Below are positions 24,030-35,563 of a DNA stretch of 64,000 nucleotides, piece by piece. The stretch covers positions 2,170,001 through 2,234,000 of the forward strand of contig BQFW01000014.1 in NCBI GenBank assembly GCA_020891255.1, given 5' to 3'. The position numbers and the translations under genes are program-made. A model generated the notes under the pieces. That model ran no database searches and had not been told where the DNA came from. It saw only the letters and a list, made by a program, of their open reading frames with translations. The stretch comes from Entomortierella parvispora E1425. Lineage: Eukaryota > Fungi > Mortierellomycota. The first letter of the stretch is position 1. Each line of letters starts with the position of its first letter.

Positions 24030-27000
24030 CTAAACGTTGAAACTGCCCCAGGTCACCAGCGGCGGCGGAGGTACAGGAATGGTTGGAGGCACAAGCACAG
24101 GCGGTTGACTGGGGGGGGGTAAAAACTTTGCTGGTCGGGGCCGGCCAGCGATAAATTCTTCGCAGAGAAAAGCAATGTTTTCCGATCCTACGACGTCCCG
24201 GTCGTAGAATCGGTTGCAGCTGCGGCAGTAAAGTGACCGGCTTTCATGTTTTTCTAGGTACTTGTCACAAGTGCGGCGGGGGCATTTGATAGTTGTGTTG
24301 TACTCATGAATGCCGATCGCTGGCTGTCCTAGCGAACGGAACTAAAGTAGTAAAGAGAGGGGAGCGACCGTTAGCATGGCGCATCAAAATTAATGAGACG
24401 TTTCAAGAACAGAGTCCTTACTGCTTTGACGGACTTCTGTCGAATGACCCCGGCCATTGACGCCGGCCCTCGGCGAGTGTTGAACTGAGATAGTCCATAT
24501 CCAAGAGCAGCCGTACTTGATGCTTGCTTTTTCCAGTTTGGATCCAGGTCCGCTTGTGCAAGTATGCTATGTACAGCCAAGTCAACTGCAGACCTCTGGG
24601 ATTTTTTACAATCCCACAACTTCTTGAGAATCCAGGAGCTGTGGTAAAATGAAAATAGCTCCTCGCGGACCGTTCCGTTCATCCTGTTGATGGTGTCTCG
24701 ATCCTGGATTGATTGGGCGAGAGGGAGTAATATGTTCTTGGCGGGAGTGTTCATGAAGTCTAGGAAATCACCAACACCACCCAAGTTCCTGCTAGGTGTG
24801 AGTGACTCCAGCCTATCGATAAAGTTGTCTTTTTTTCTCTTGTTCAGCGCTCTCTCGAACTGCCAGTGAGGATCGTGTAGAAAAGATCGTTTGATCTTTT
24901 TGGAATGGCGCTGTCCGCTGTCTTTGTCGAGCCTTGTGGTCGCGACAGCGACGATCTCTCCCGGGTCCGCGCCGATAACTATGCTGGGTTGCTCATTCCA
25001 CTTGACAACCGCAGCGTTTGGGAGAAGCTTTGTACGCGCTGCCAGGTTACACCGGAACCCTGATGCTGTTTTGGCTGAGAACTGTCCAAGGTCAGTCGGC
25101 GGTTGATATTCATATTGCGTGTCCTGGTCAAGTTCGTATAGGTGTTCGGAGAGGTTGATGCCCCGTGCAGCGTCATCATCACACTCGTCATCGTCGTCCT
25201 CACCGTCGTCGTCCTCGCCACCAGCTTTTGCCGCCGCTGCCGCTGCCGCTGCAATCTCCTCCTCATCAGGTCCATATGAGAGTGATTTCTTCTTGCGATA
25301 CGTTTTTGGAGCTCGAGTGTCATTGGCTAAAAGCGTCAAGACCTTCCCATCCGAGTGGTAGGCAGGGCCAAGGACATAGTTGTGGTCGTCCTGGAGAGCC
25401 TTCTCTGATGGTAGTCGTATCTTGTTGCAGTAGCCGTCCTTTCGATGCTTCCATGCTTTCGGCCCAATGATAGCTTCATCATCCTCCAATTGTTGATCTT
25501 CCCGTGCAAGGTCATAGACAATGGTTGTCTGGAACCATCCTTTGTTGGAGAGTATATGGTTTATCTTCTCCGTCGTCGAAAGCGCCTTAATCTCCGCTTT
25601 TTTGCCACGACCAACCGTCTTTGTAGGAAATAGGCCACTCAGAAACGGCTTGAAATCCCTTTGGCTGGTCTCCGAGAGATATGGAGGTTGGGGCATTGAC
25701 GGAGGGTCCGCGTCGAGGAAGTAGAACAGATCAAGTTCTGTCACGACCTGCACGCTCCGAGCGCTTTTACCAAAAGCAAAGTCCTTGAAGACTCCATCTG
25801 TATTGTGCTCCTGGAACCACTTTATGGCCGGTGTGTCACTGCCTTTCTCCCATTGAGTCTTGCCGTTGTCAAACTATTTTTTCAGAGGAAAAAGTTAATA
25901 AACTATAGTTTTTTTTCCAAAAAAAAAAAAAAAAAAAATGCCATGGAATTTGACAGAAGTGAGGGGGTTGCTTACCACAGCGTATTTGTAATGACACGAT
26001 ATCGCTCGGAATGCTACTTCCTGAGTAGATCGAGTTCCGTTGGCGTTGAACGTCTGGATCCCACGTTCTGCATACGGGACAAAGTTGGTTTTCGCCTTAT
26101 ACCTCTCGAAGATCCACCGTGCAAAAAACGCGCGGTCGTCGACGCTCGGGGCGCTTCCTTTTTGAGCGCTCCTGGTCCTGTGCCCTACATTTCCTTCTGT
26201 GTGCAAGGCGTCCTTTTTAGCATGGCTCTGTATTCTGTTATCTTCAGAGTTGGGAGCGGTCTTCCCATTGAAAAAGAATGCGGCCAGGGCGTAGTAGACA
26301 GACTTGCTATCGACCAGATCCTGCATCATATTATCGGGATATTGCTCCGGAAGATCCCACCGCTCTGGTTGTGATGACGCAACGGCGGATGCGGATGAGG
26401 ACGAAGCTGTGGACGACTTTTGTCTCAACATTTCGGCAGACTGGGCCTTGAGATCCGCGGGGCTTTTGATATCCTCAATGGCCAGCATTATCGCAGCATA
26501 GGTGTCATAGAGGAGTAGGTCACGAGTCTCGATACATGATCGCTGCCTCTTTGTGATATCCTCTGCTAGCGGCTTTGCTCGTTCGTACGCCTCACTGTAT
26601 TCTGCAGTACCGGGTGCAAAGTTTCCCTCTCGCCTCATGGTGCGTAGAATGACGTTTCGTTGAAATCCGCCAACCGTGAGAGCTCGCTTCTCATAGTTCC
26701 TGTTGAGGTCGCGCGAAACCTGGGTTGACGATGAAGGTTTGACGCCGCTAGTGCATTTTGGCTGAGTCTTGGCGCGATCTCCCTTGCGTCGTCTTTTTTA
26801 GTCCTTTTTCGGCGTTTTCTTTTTGCGCCTCTTGCGACCATTTGTCTTGGCAGGCTGCACGACTGAATTCAATGGATCGGGACGTGCTCTCGTTGGACTC
26901 GTCAGCTGGTCAATATCGATTTTGCGACCGCCCAGGAAGTTGCTGTCCTTGCCCGTAGTTCTAAAGATGGGACTGAACTGGTTACGATTGTGTGGCCTGT

Positions 27001-28602
27001 GAAACTCTTAGGGTCTACGGTAATGGTAATTCAGAACTACAATGTTAGAATGGTAACAATTATGACGAGACCCATTGGATATATATGTGTTTTTGCTACC
27101 TCGTTGGACCTAAATCAGATACTTCCTCCTGGAATCTCCTCCTTTCTGTCCTCGCTTCCGAATATCTTTCTAACTGTAGTTGGACCTGCTCCATCAAAGC
27201 ATTTTCTGACAGCTGTGGCTCTGGCAGAGGCGGGAATGAGAGTGGAGGCAGTGATGTAGCAGTTCGTTCGACAAGGCTGGGCTTCCATAGAGGAATATGC
27301 TCAGGATGGGAGCTAGGAGACTCTCCTTTTCTCAACTGACTCAGAAAGCCAAACGTGCGGATCGAGGATTCAAAAAAGGATGGAGAGACTTCCTTCTTGA
27401 TTGCAGCAGTGGCCTTCTCACAAAACTGCTGGAGGATCTCGCGTAGATCAAGAGATACGGTTGGTTCCTGGTCTACGTCCGCTGGGCTAGTAATAGACTG
27501 TGGCATCTGTGATCGACTAGCTCCAGCCTCTGCACTGGCCATGCGCATCCTACGATCATGTGGACTACAATCTGTGTCATCGCCGCTCTGATTTTCTTGA
27601 GCCTTCCGGTTGTTGGTTGTTGCCTCTGGAACCGGACTGACGTTGGCGATTGGCCTTTTTTGCTTCGCTCTCTTTGTGGGCCTTTCGTCCTCACTGCTAG
27701 ACGATCCCGTATCCCCCTCTTCAGAACTAGATTCCTGTGAGAGGTCCGAAGCCGACCCAGCTTCGTTATCTTCATTGGCGGAGGGCCTGATCATCTCGAG
27801 GCTCCTGATCAAGCCAATCGTTGGGATGTTCCTGTTGTAATCATTGTTGTTCACACAGCCATAGAGAACAAGCTCGACATCATGGACTACTGTAGTCCCA
27901 GTGCCTTCTTCACATCCGCACGTTTGTAACACAGTAGACCAGGGCCTTGTCTTAGCAGAGTGTTTACGCCGAAGTAACGCCGAAGTAAAACAGGTAATCC
28001 GAGTCGATTGATAGGACCGCGAATTCCTCATGTCCAGTGTGCGTCGAGCAGTGGGTGGCAATGCATGGGTCCGTCTCTGCTCGACATAGGCAAACGTTGT
28101 AGCCAAGGTCTCGGAGATTGGCCGAGAGGGCATCTCTGGCATCCGGATAAAGCTGACAGGCCGTTCTCAGGTTCTTGTCGATTTTGTTGGTGACTTTGGC
28201 GGATAGCCAGCGACCTCTTTTGCGTTCGAGAATCCGCATGTTGCTCTTGATATTACCAAGAGCTCCCTCGCGCTTTAGGTGGCGTCGTTGATGTGTGTCG
28301 CCTTTTGCCAGGCTCTCAAACCCGTCGATATGTAAGGTGACATCAACGTCTTGCCCAACGTGCTGGCGCCAGATCTGGATCTTCCTGTCAATTTTCGAGG
28401 CAACAGCTGACATGGTGTTGTGGAGGTTAATAGAGCCATCCTCTTTGACGTGGTCGATATTTGTCAGCTCTGCTGTAAGGTCGCCGTGATGACAGGCTTT
28501 CACATCGTAGTGAATATGCCCAAGATCGATCGTTTTGTAATCAGGCGGCGTGTCTGGCATTCCTTTTTTTCTGAGAACCGGGAAAATACCCTTGACACCC
28601 AT
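24030..28602 (-). pseudogene. Spliced XPG/FEN1-like nuclease fused to a TnpB/Fanzor-type RuvC-zinc finger nuclease; decayed copy
   Basis: XPG motifs: MGVKGI, HYDVK, LHIDGFESLAKGDTHQRR, RAETDPCIA, VLSIDSDYL, NNDYNRNIPTIG. Fanzor motifs: AYHSDGKVLTLL (WED-like), IVIGADPG (RuvC-I). An unlisted last exon 24341-24030 reads FRSLGQPAIGIHEYNTTIKCPRRTCDKYLEKHESRSLYCRSCNRFYDRDVVGSENIA (RuvC-II E, Cx4C...Cx2C finger, RuvC-III D). Introns are 25975-25874 and 24421-24342 (both in frame) and about 27099-27037 (phase uncertain). Lesions: an 11-bp duplication at 27966-27987, a second frame change near 27890, and TAA stops at 27010 and 26800. Confidence 0.85.
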
Positions 28603-28931
28603 GGTCTAGTCCCATTTAAGAAACATAGAGTGTCAGCATTATGCGGCCGTACAGAAAACTACCGTTTGATCAGAAGAGTATCTTTCGATCAAATTGCTTA
28701 CCTGACAGAAAAGGAGGGTGAAGCTTTCTACTGCACAGTGCAAGCAAGTTCAGCTGAGGTGTCCGTCTTTGAGAAGAGCGTCCATACGACAAAAGAACCA
28801 AAAATCCGTTAGAAATCGAGCCTTTTCTTTCCAAGGAAAGCATCCATCGGTTGTAGGACTGTACAGTAGTAGGTACAAACTCAAAAAAAGTAGTACCTGG
28901 AAGACCTCTCGAGCAAGTGGAAAACGGCTGT

Positions 28932-29038
28932 GGACGCGAAGCTTTGATGATGATGGAAAGAGGCCTTTTGTCAAAAGGAAAGGACGTGAAACTTTGATGA
29001 TGATAGAAAGAGGCCTTTTGTCAAAAGGAAAGGACGCG
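28932..29038. repeat. 50-bp tandem repeat (2 units plus a partial third), each unit with a CCTTTTG-T-CAAAAGG palindrome
   Basis: Seen directly, about 330 bp upstream of the XPG-Fanzor start codon. Confidence 0.85.
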
Positions 29039-30044
29039 GGGATCTACTTTTGAGTGCTGCTGGATAGCTCTATACACCCCTTAAGCGGCCGAGCAGCTGG
29101 ACTGCTTATTTATCTCTCTTCATTGCGCCGCCCCAGAAAATGAAATGAAGCATCATCTGCACACAGAAGTATCCACCACCCACATTATACTCAGCTGCGA
29201 GAACCCTCAAGCAACATCACAGTTTGTTTATATGTTTGGACCTTTCAATGGGCAGCTGTCAGCTCACCAGCCATTGATCAGTCAAAGTCCATGTTAAAGT
29301 GAAGGATGAAGTAATCCTTGAAAGAGTACACCATATTGTCACGAACAGCCCTGATTCAGATCGGGCTTGGTACGCGTCTCGTGCACCTGGCCTAGGATGT
29401 GGATCCACATCGATTGGCTCGTGACCCAAGCTCCGACCTTCATTTCCCTGCGCCAATGCCTACTCACTGGATGGGCTTCCGACCATAGCTATTCGTTGTA
29501 AGATCGTTATCGTAAGTCCGCTATACCTGTCAGGACTTCCAACATCCTCTCTCTCTCCAACGTCACCATCTCGGTCCCCAAGCATAGGTTTAGACCTCGA
29601 TCGATATCTGATACATTGACTACCATCATTCGTGAGAGGGCCGCAAATATATGAAGACATGTTTGAATAAAGAATCATTTTTATCGTCCCTATTATCTCT
29701 TTTCATCCTCTACCGATTGCTCTGCATACTGATCAAACAAACAGCATGCTGTGTGCTATGTGTGAGTGCAACGTTCAACGGATGAAGGACCCAGTCCAAA
29801 GCTCAGGTACCATGCCCCCCTTTTTTTTTTGCTGGCGGGACAAAGAGATATCTCTCTTTCTACCCCTATCCTGCTAATTCTCATCCTCAGCTTGGCCGAC
29901 TGCCGGATGCATGAGAATGAGAATGAGGATTACAATTGTGCGAAGGAAGAATACAGAAATGGAATAAAAAATCCCGTGTAACTGAATTGACTCAATTTTA
30001 CAAAAGTAGAATGGGGTGAAATTATATTTTTGCATACTTTTACT

Positions 30045-30726
30045 CAGCCTCGACAACTGGGCCACTTTTTCGAAAAAAGTGACCATCCTTCGTTGCACAG
30101 AAACGGTGGCTTCACTCAATTTTTTGGTGGCCACCACTTGGTCGCCACTCAAAATAAAGGAGTGGTGCAAAGGTGTCAACAAACCTGCAGCTCCACTCTT
30201 TTTCACTCTTTTTCACTCTTTTTCACTCTTTTTCACTCTTTTTGAGTGATTCCTGCAGGAAAATGGTGATTTGTCCCAAAAAGGATCGCATCCACCAAAA
30301 AAAAAAGTGGTCGCCAGTAGTCCCACCAAAAAAAAGTGGACCTCACTTGGGAAAGGAGTGGTCGGAACATTTTGTGCGACCCAAAAGCAGAGACAAAAAG
30401 CGCGTGTGCGGTGCGGTCCAGCGTCTCTCCTCTCGAGCAGCATGCGCATGCCCATACCATGGGCCACACTAGCTTCAAGCGTGCCGTGGTCTATCTGTTC
30501 ACGCCTGTTTGTCCACGGATGTTTAATTGCTTGTCTGCCCTTTTTTTTTTTTTTTGTTTCCCGTCTTTTTCCAATCCTGGCCCAAGTCGACATTCTCTCC
30601 CAGTGAAATCGTATCATGGACGCGCAAGAGCAAGCCCTCCCTCCTCAACAACCCGAGGCTGATCCTGAACTCGTTCCCCAACCTCCACAAAACTTATGGC
30701 ACCCACTGGTAGCGGGACTTGAAGAC
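30045..30726 (+). repeat. Left TIR of the hAT element (includes (TTTCACTCTT)x5 and the first 37 codons of the 34849 ORF)
   Basis: Reverse complement of 34739-35420; mirrored ORF translations in the track are identical. Confidence 0.95.
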
Positions 30727-30835
30727 TATTTTTTATGCATCGCTGTGCAGTACATATTCAACTAATGTTAAGGAAGGACTTCTCGTCATTTTTCTCCTAA
30801 TGTTTACTCAGCTAAGTCTTATATCTTGAGAGCTC

Positions 30836-33800
30836 TCACCCAATGTTGCTATCCAAATTTTGGAATATGTCGATATCGTCATCGCCATCATTATAGTAAT
30901 CGTCCAGTTTTATCTTGTAGCCGGTGTCCCAGGTAGCCAGCAAAACCAATGCCTTAAGCTTGAGGATACCAAGACGCGTTCTTTTTGCTGTAAGAACGCA
31001 TCCAGAGACGCTAAAGAGCCTTTCACTTGCCGCTGAGGAGGCTTGTATACTAAAGAAGATGACAACAAACTGGGACAGGTACTTGAACATGCCTCCATGC
31101 ACTGCCCACCACTCATGAGGTTTGTTGTAATCTTTCAACGGTTCCGATTGGGCAAGTTCGATATAACTCTGCAGCTCCATCGACAGGAGCGTGGTGAGAT
31201 CCTCAGTAGACTTATCCCCAAAGTCGATTCCTGTGCGCAGTGGACTTTCAGGATCAGCCGTTGCAAGAATAAGGTCCTCTGCAAGCTGTTTCAGTCTTTC
31301 TCCTTCCAATCCAGTGAAAAATCCATCATTCTTAATATTGGTAGGGTGGAGGTATGTGGCAATGAGGACTTCATCGGCCATATCAGCTGTGGAGAAGAGG
31401 CCTGCGAGCTGCCTTACAAACTTTTCTTGGAACCGCTCCATAATAGGAATCGTCAACAGAGGGTCGGAACTCAGGACCTTGCGGATCTTGGGGTATAAGC
31501 CTGTGATGACAGGGTCGTTGGAGGACATTGCTACTGTCAATTCTGCGGTGGGTCGCAGGACAGTAAGAAGCTCCTTGAGAACATCGAACTCTTCGTTACT
31601 CAGAAGCTGACTACCATATTCTCGCCAAAATGTCTTCTCCATTTGCGTGGCAGTAGGCATCTGCGCTCGCGCCTTGACCAGGTCTGTTGCTTCACGTAGC
31701 TCCAGAAGGCGCTCTATCATCATGAATCTGCTGTTCCATCGCGTAACAGTGAATGTGAGAGCCTTTAGTTCCTTTTGTTTTAAGTCGGATCGCGCTTTGC
31801 ATAGGAGAGTTGATCCTCCGCTTGATAGGAACGCCTTGTTGTGTTCTTCAGCCTTGCGGACAATAGTCTTTATATCACCCGTTGCTTCGATGATGTTGCG
31901 GATAAACAGTTGAAGTTTATGACAGGCACAGGGAAACCACGGACCAAAAGTTTCGTCATCGTTGATTAAAAAGTCGAGTTGTTGCTTTCATGACATTGGC
32001 GGAGTCGGTAGTACTGCAAAAGGCCTTGCCTTTTAGCCCCCAAAATAAAAGGGTTCGCTCTAGAAGTTGTGATTTGTATTAGATCAAGCTGCAGCCAGGG
32101 CCAAAGACGACGGCAAGCAGAGCTACCATCCACACTTACCTACTATATCCTGGATGTCAACAGCCGTCCCAGAACCAAAGTATTCCTCAAAACCAATCGC
32201 CAGAGATTTGGGTTTGTAGGTCTTTTTCTCGATGTAATGGAACGTGATCCCGATGAATTTCCGGCCAAATCTCTTCCAACCGTCGTAGGTAAAGCAGCCT
32301 CGAACGACTCCTGCAGCAAATATTTTGTCCAGTCGTGCGCGAGCATTTCCGTAAAGCTTGAATACACACTTTCCGACGGTTTGAGGAGAAGGCGACGGGT
32401 ATGAAAATCCGAGAATTCTAGCGACGCCCGAGGCATACGGGCCAGTAACCACTGAGAACGGGAGTCTCTGTTGAATCGCGCTGTGAGTAGTGAATAGCTG
32501 TATAGCTTCTTGAGTACTCGGCAATATCTTGGTCAGCTGCGAGGACTTTGGCATTGTCTGGTCATAGAATACTGAATACCCTTCCGCGTTTCCTGCTTCC
32601 ACATCTACATGAATTGACGTTTGATAGGTTAAAAATGTGATAGTGTACACCTATGAGTAATTCATTGAGATAGATTACCTTCGAATCCTTGATTTTTTCG
32701 GAATGTTGTCAATGCTGAGAGTATTTCTGGATGGTTCCTTGTAACATGTGCCGTACGCATGCCTGTACCTTGAGATCCTGGCTTATGGTAGTGACATCTG
32801 CGGTTCTCACTAGTCTTGACTCGGCAAAAGAACCATGCCTTTGGAATGTCAGAGACATAAGGAAACTTTTTCCCTGTGTATGGATCAACGGTTGGGGCGT
32901 TGATGGTGGGCTGGAGATCAACCTGGTTGATTGTGGCAGGATTTGTTGTTGACACCTTCTCAAAGAAATGACGGTGCCATGCCCCTGGAATCGTAAGATC
33001 GATCTGCCTTATGGGTATATGTGCGAGCATAGACTTGGCCTCCTTGCACACACTATATGGTGGGAGCTGGCCCACTTTCAGTGTTTTCTCGTAGTCTGCT
33101 ATAGTCATGGATATACCTCCGCCATTTGGTGGAGGTTCGGAAAGGGCTGGGGTTGACCGAAGGAGTACAGGTGACGATGTACTATCGCCCGTTTGTTCCT
33201 GAGTGTACATTTCCACTTCGGACATCATTGATGGCTCTCGTGAAATGGACGCCACCGATGAAGTTCTACTCAGATTCCTTTGTCGAGCATTCCAAAGTTC
33301 CATTGGAGTTGTCTCAACTTCAGCCTCTCGGGCAGTTGGTGATACGGCTCGGGACGAAGCCCCAAGGTGTATATCTGCAATTGCCCTCGGTGCACCTGGA
33401 GTTGGACCACGGATTTGATCCGCAGGACGTTTCTTTGGAATAGTTGGAGGTACTCTGTAGTGCTCATAGGGCATTCCGGGAGGAGGGCGATACTGTGGAT
33501 GAATGGGAAGAGTAGAATACTGCATAGTATGGTGTGATTCGGTGTGATGCATCCCTGGGTAAGGACTGTATGGTACATCTGAATATGGATGGAAGTGGCC
33601 TGGTGGGTGGTAGACAGGTTGATTTGGGTCTTGAGAGTGATATTGAGGAAATTGATACTGTCCAGGGATATGGTATGCATGGTGAAGCTCATGAGGTTGG
33701 GAGTATGGGTACTGAGGACCTCGAGGTTGGGATGGAACTAGTGGGTTATATTGATGGTGGGAAGGTAGATAGGGATGAGGACGAGTCTGTGGTGCTTGAA

Positions 33801-34140
33801 CAGCCTCATTATCGGTGTGGGAAGGAGGACGAGGATGAGGATGAGGATGAAGGCGAGGAGGAGGATGAGTCCGGGGTGCTTGGATGGTCTCATTATCGAT
33901 GTTGGAAGGAGGATGAGGACGAGGACGAGGACCAGTCTGTGGCTCTTGGACATCTTCAGTATCGATGCTGGAAGGAGGATAAGGACGGAGACGTGGACCA
34001 GTCTGTGGCTCTTGGGTAGCCTCAGTTTCGATGTTGGAAGGAGGGTGAGGAGGAGGATGAGGAGGAGGAGGATCGGTCTGTACTGTCTGGACAGCATCAT
34101 CATCATCGTTGAAATGATGACTATATGGGTCGTAGTCCAT
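30836..34140 (-). pseudogene. hAT transposase (BED finger, DDE catalytic domain, dimerisation domain) with one frameshift
   Basis: Exons are 34140-32679, 32604-32140 and 32059-30836. Motifs include a BED-like WFFC...C...H.x4.HP, CFTYDGW (D1), TTDS (D2), WFPCACH (CxxH), TRWNS, and EWW...SIQASSAASERLFS (E). A frameshift occurs near 31980 after MKA. The N-terminus has Pro/His-rich 19-aa repeats. Confidence 0.85.
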
Positions 34141-34399
34141 CGTGAGAGAAATGGTAGTACTATAGATGTTATAGAGAAAAGAAAAGGTAGAAAATAAGGA
34201 GGAAAAAAAGGAAAGAGGAAGAGGAAAGGAAAATTCAAGACAAGAGCATTGGAAGAAGTCAAGAGTTCCCACAGCATGGAGGAAACGGGAAGGTTCACAG
34301 TGCTTGCGATAAGCTTGGGCGATTTTCTTGGTCTGGGGCATGCATGCACACCATGGCCACAAAAACATCGAGGAAAAAATGTGAAGGGCTTCACATGGT

Positions 34400-34849
34400 T
34401 TATTGATCAGGTAAGAGATGTGTTTGATCCAAAGCTGGGTCACCTTGAGCGATTCGGAAGGCAACAACTGCATCGATCAAATCTCTGTGGGTGTTCCTGA
34501 TGTGACGCAGTCGAATGTTCAAGCCAAAATCAGAGCGAATTCTGTAAGGACAGTTCTGAACTTGACATTTAGAGAAGCGAGGACCAGTGTCTCCAGTGGC
34601 CCTGTCCTCCAATGCAAAAAAATTATTGTCAATCGATTGATTCCTAGCAACTCTGATAGGAACTGCGGCGAGGGCAAGCCTGTTTGCAGCGATGCATGCT
34701 TGAACTGGAGGGAGCTCACCAATTGGCAATTGAAAGTGGTCTTCAAGTCCCGCTACCAGTGGGTGCCATAAGTTTTGTGGAGGTTGGGGAACGAGTTCAG
34801 GATCAGCCTCGGGTTGTTGAGGAGGGAGGGCTTGCTCTTGCGCGTCCAT
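34400..34849 (-). CDS. Second hAT-element ORF with a BED-like C2H2 finger, starting inside the right TIR
   Basis: 149 aa with KCQVQNCPYRI...LRHIRNTH. It may be a separate accessory ORF or an upstream exon. Confidence 0.5.
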   Translation of the reverse strand: MDAQEQALPPQQPEADPELVPQPPQNLWHPLVAGLEDHFQLPIGELPPVQACIAANRLALAAVPIRVARNQSIDNNFFALEDRATGDTGPRFSKCQVQNCPYRIRSDFGLNIRLRHIRNTHRDLIDAVVAFRIAQGDPALDQTHLLPDQ

Positions 34850-35420
34850 GATACGATTTCACTGGGAGAGAATGTCGACTTGGGCCAGGATTGGAAAAAG
34901 ACGGGAAACAAAAAAAAAAAAAAAGGGCAGACAAGCAATTAAACATCCGTGGACAAACAGGCGTGAACAGATAGACCACGGCACGCTTGAAGCTAGTGTG
35001 GCCCATGGTATGGGCATGCGCATGCTGCTCGAGAGGAGAGACGCTGGACCGCACCGCACACGCGCTTTTTGTCTCTGCTTTTGGGTCGCACAAAATGTTC
35101 CGACCACTCCTTTCCCAAGTGAGGTCCACTTTTTTTTGGTGGGACTACTGGCGACCACTTTTTTTTTTGGTGGATGCGATCCTTTTTGGGACAAATCACC
35201 ATTTTCCTGCAGGAATCACTCAAAAAGAGTGAAAAAGAGTGAAAAAGAGTGAAAAAGAGTGAAAAAGAGTGGAGCTGCAGGTTTGTTGACACCTTTGCAC
35301 CACTCCTTTATTTTGAGTGGCGACCAAGTGGTGGCCACCAAAAAATTGAGTGAAGCCACCGTTTCTGTGCAACGAAGGATGGTCACTTTTTTCGAAAAAG
35401 TGGCCCAGTTGTCGAGGCTG
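34739..35420 (-). repeat. Right TIR of the hAT element
   Basis: Reverse complement of 30045-30726. Confidence 0.95.
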
Positions 35421-35563
35421 CCGTTTTACTCCCGATACTGTAGACGACTAATCACTCCGCATGCTCGAAGTTGGCAGTCTTGGGTACAAAATAACTCCCA
35501 AAGATATCGTTGCGGTTTATCGTTGCGGTTCGGAGATCGATTATGTAGCATGTTCACAAGGCC

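Larger units (their letters stand above)
30045..35420 (-). mobile_element. hAT-superfamily DNA transposon with 682-bp terminal inverted repeats
   Basis: Ends are CAGCCTCGACAACTGGGCC (30045) and its reverse complement (35420). The TIRs span 30045-30726 and 34739-35420, and an hAT transposase lies inside. The TSD is imperfect: CTTTTACT on the left versus CCGTTTTACT on the right. Confidence 0.9.

Noticed and set aside
30173-30712. Cluster of small ORFs repeated at 34753-35292
   Set aside because: They are mirror translations of the non-coding TIR sequence.
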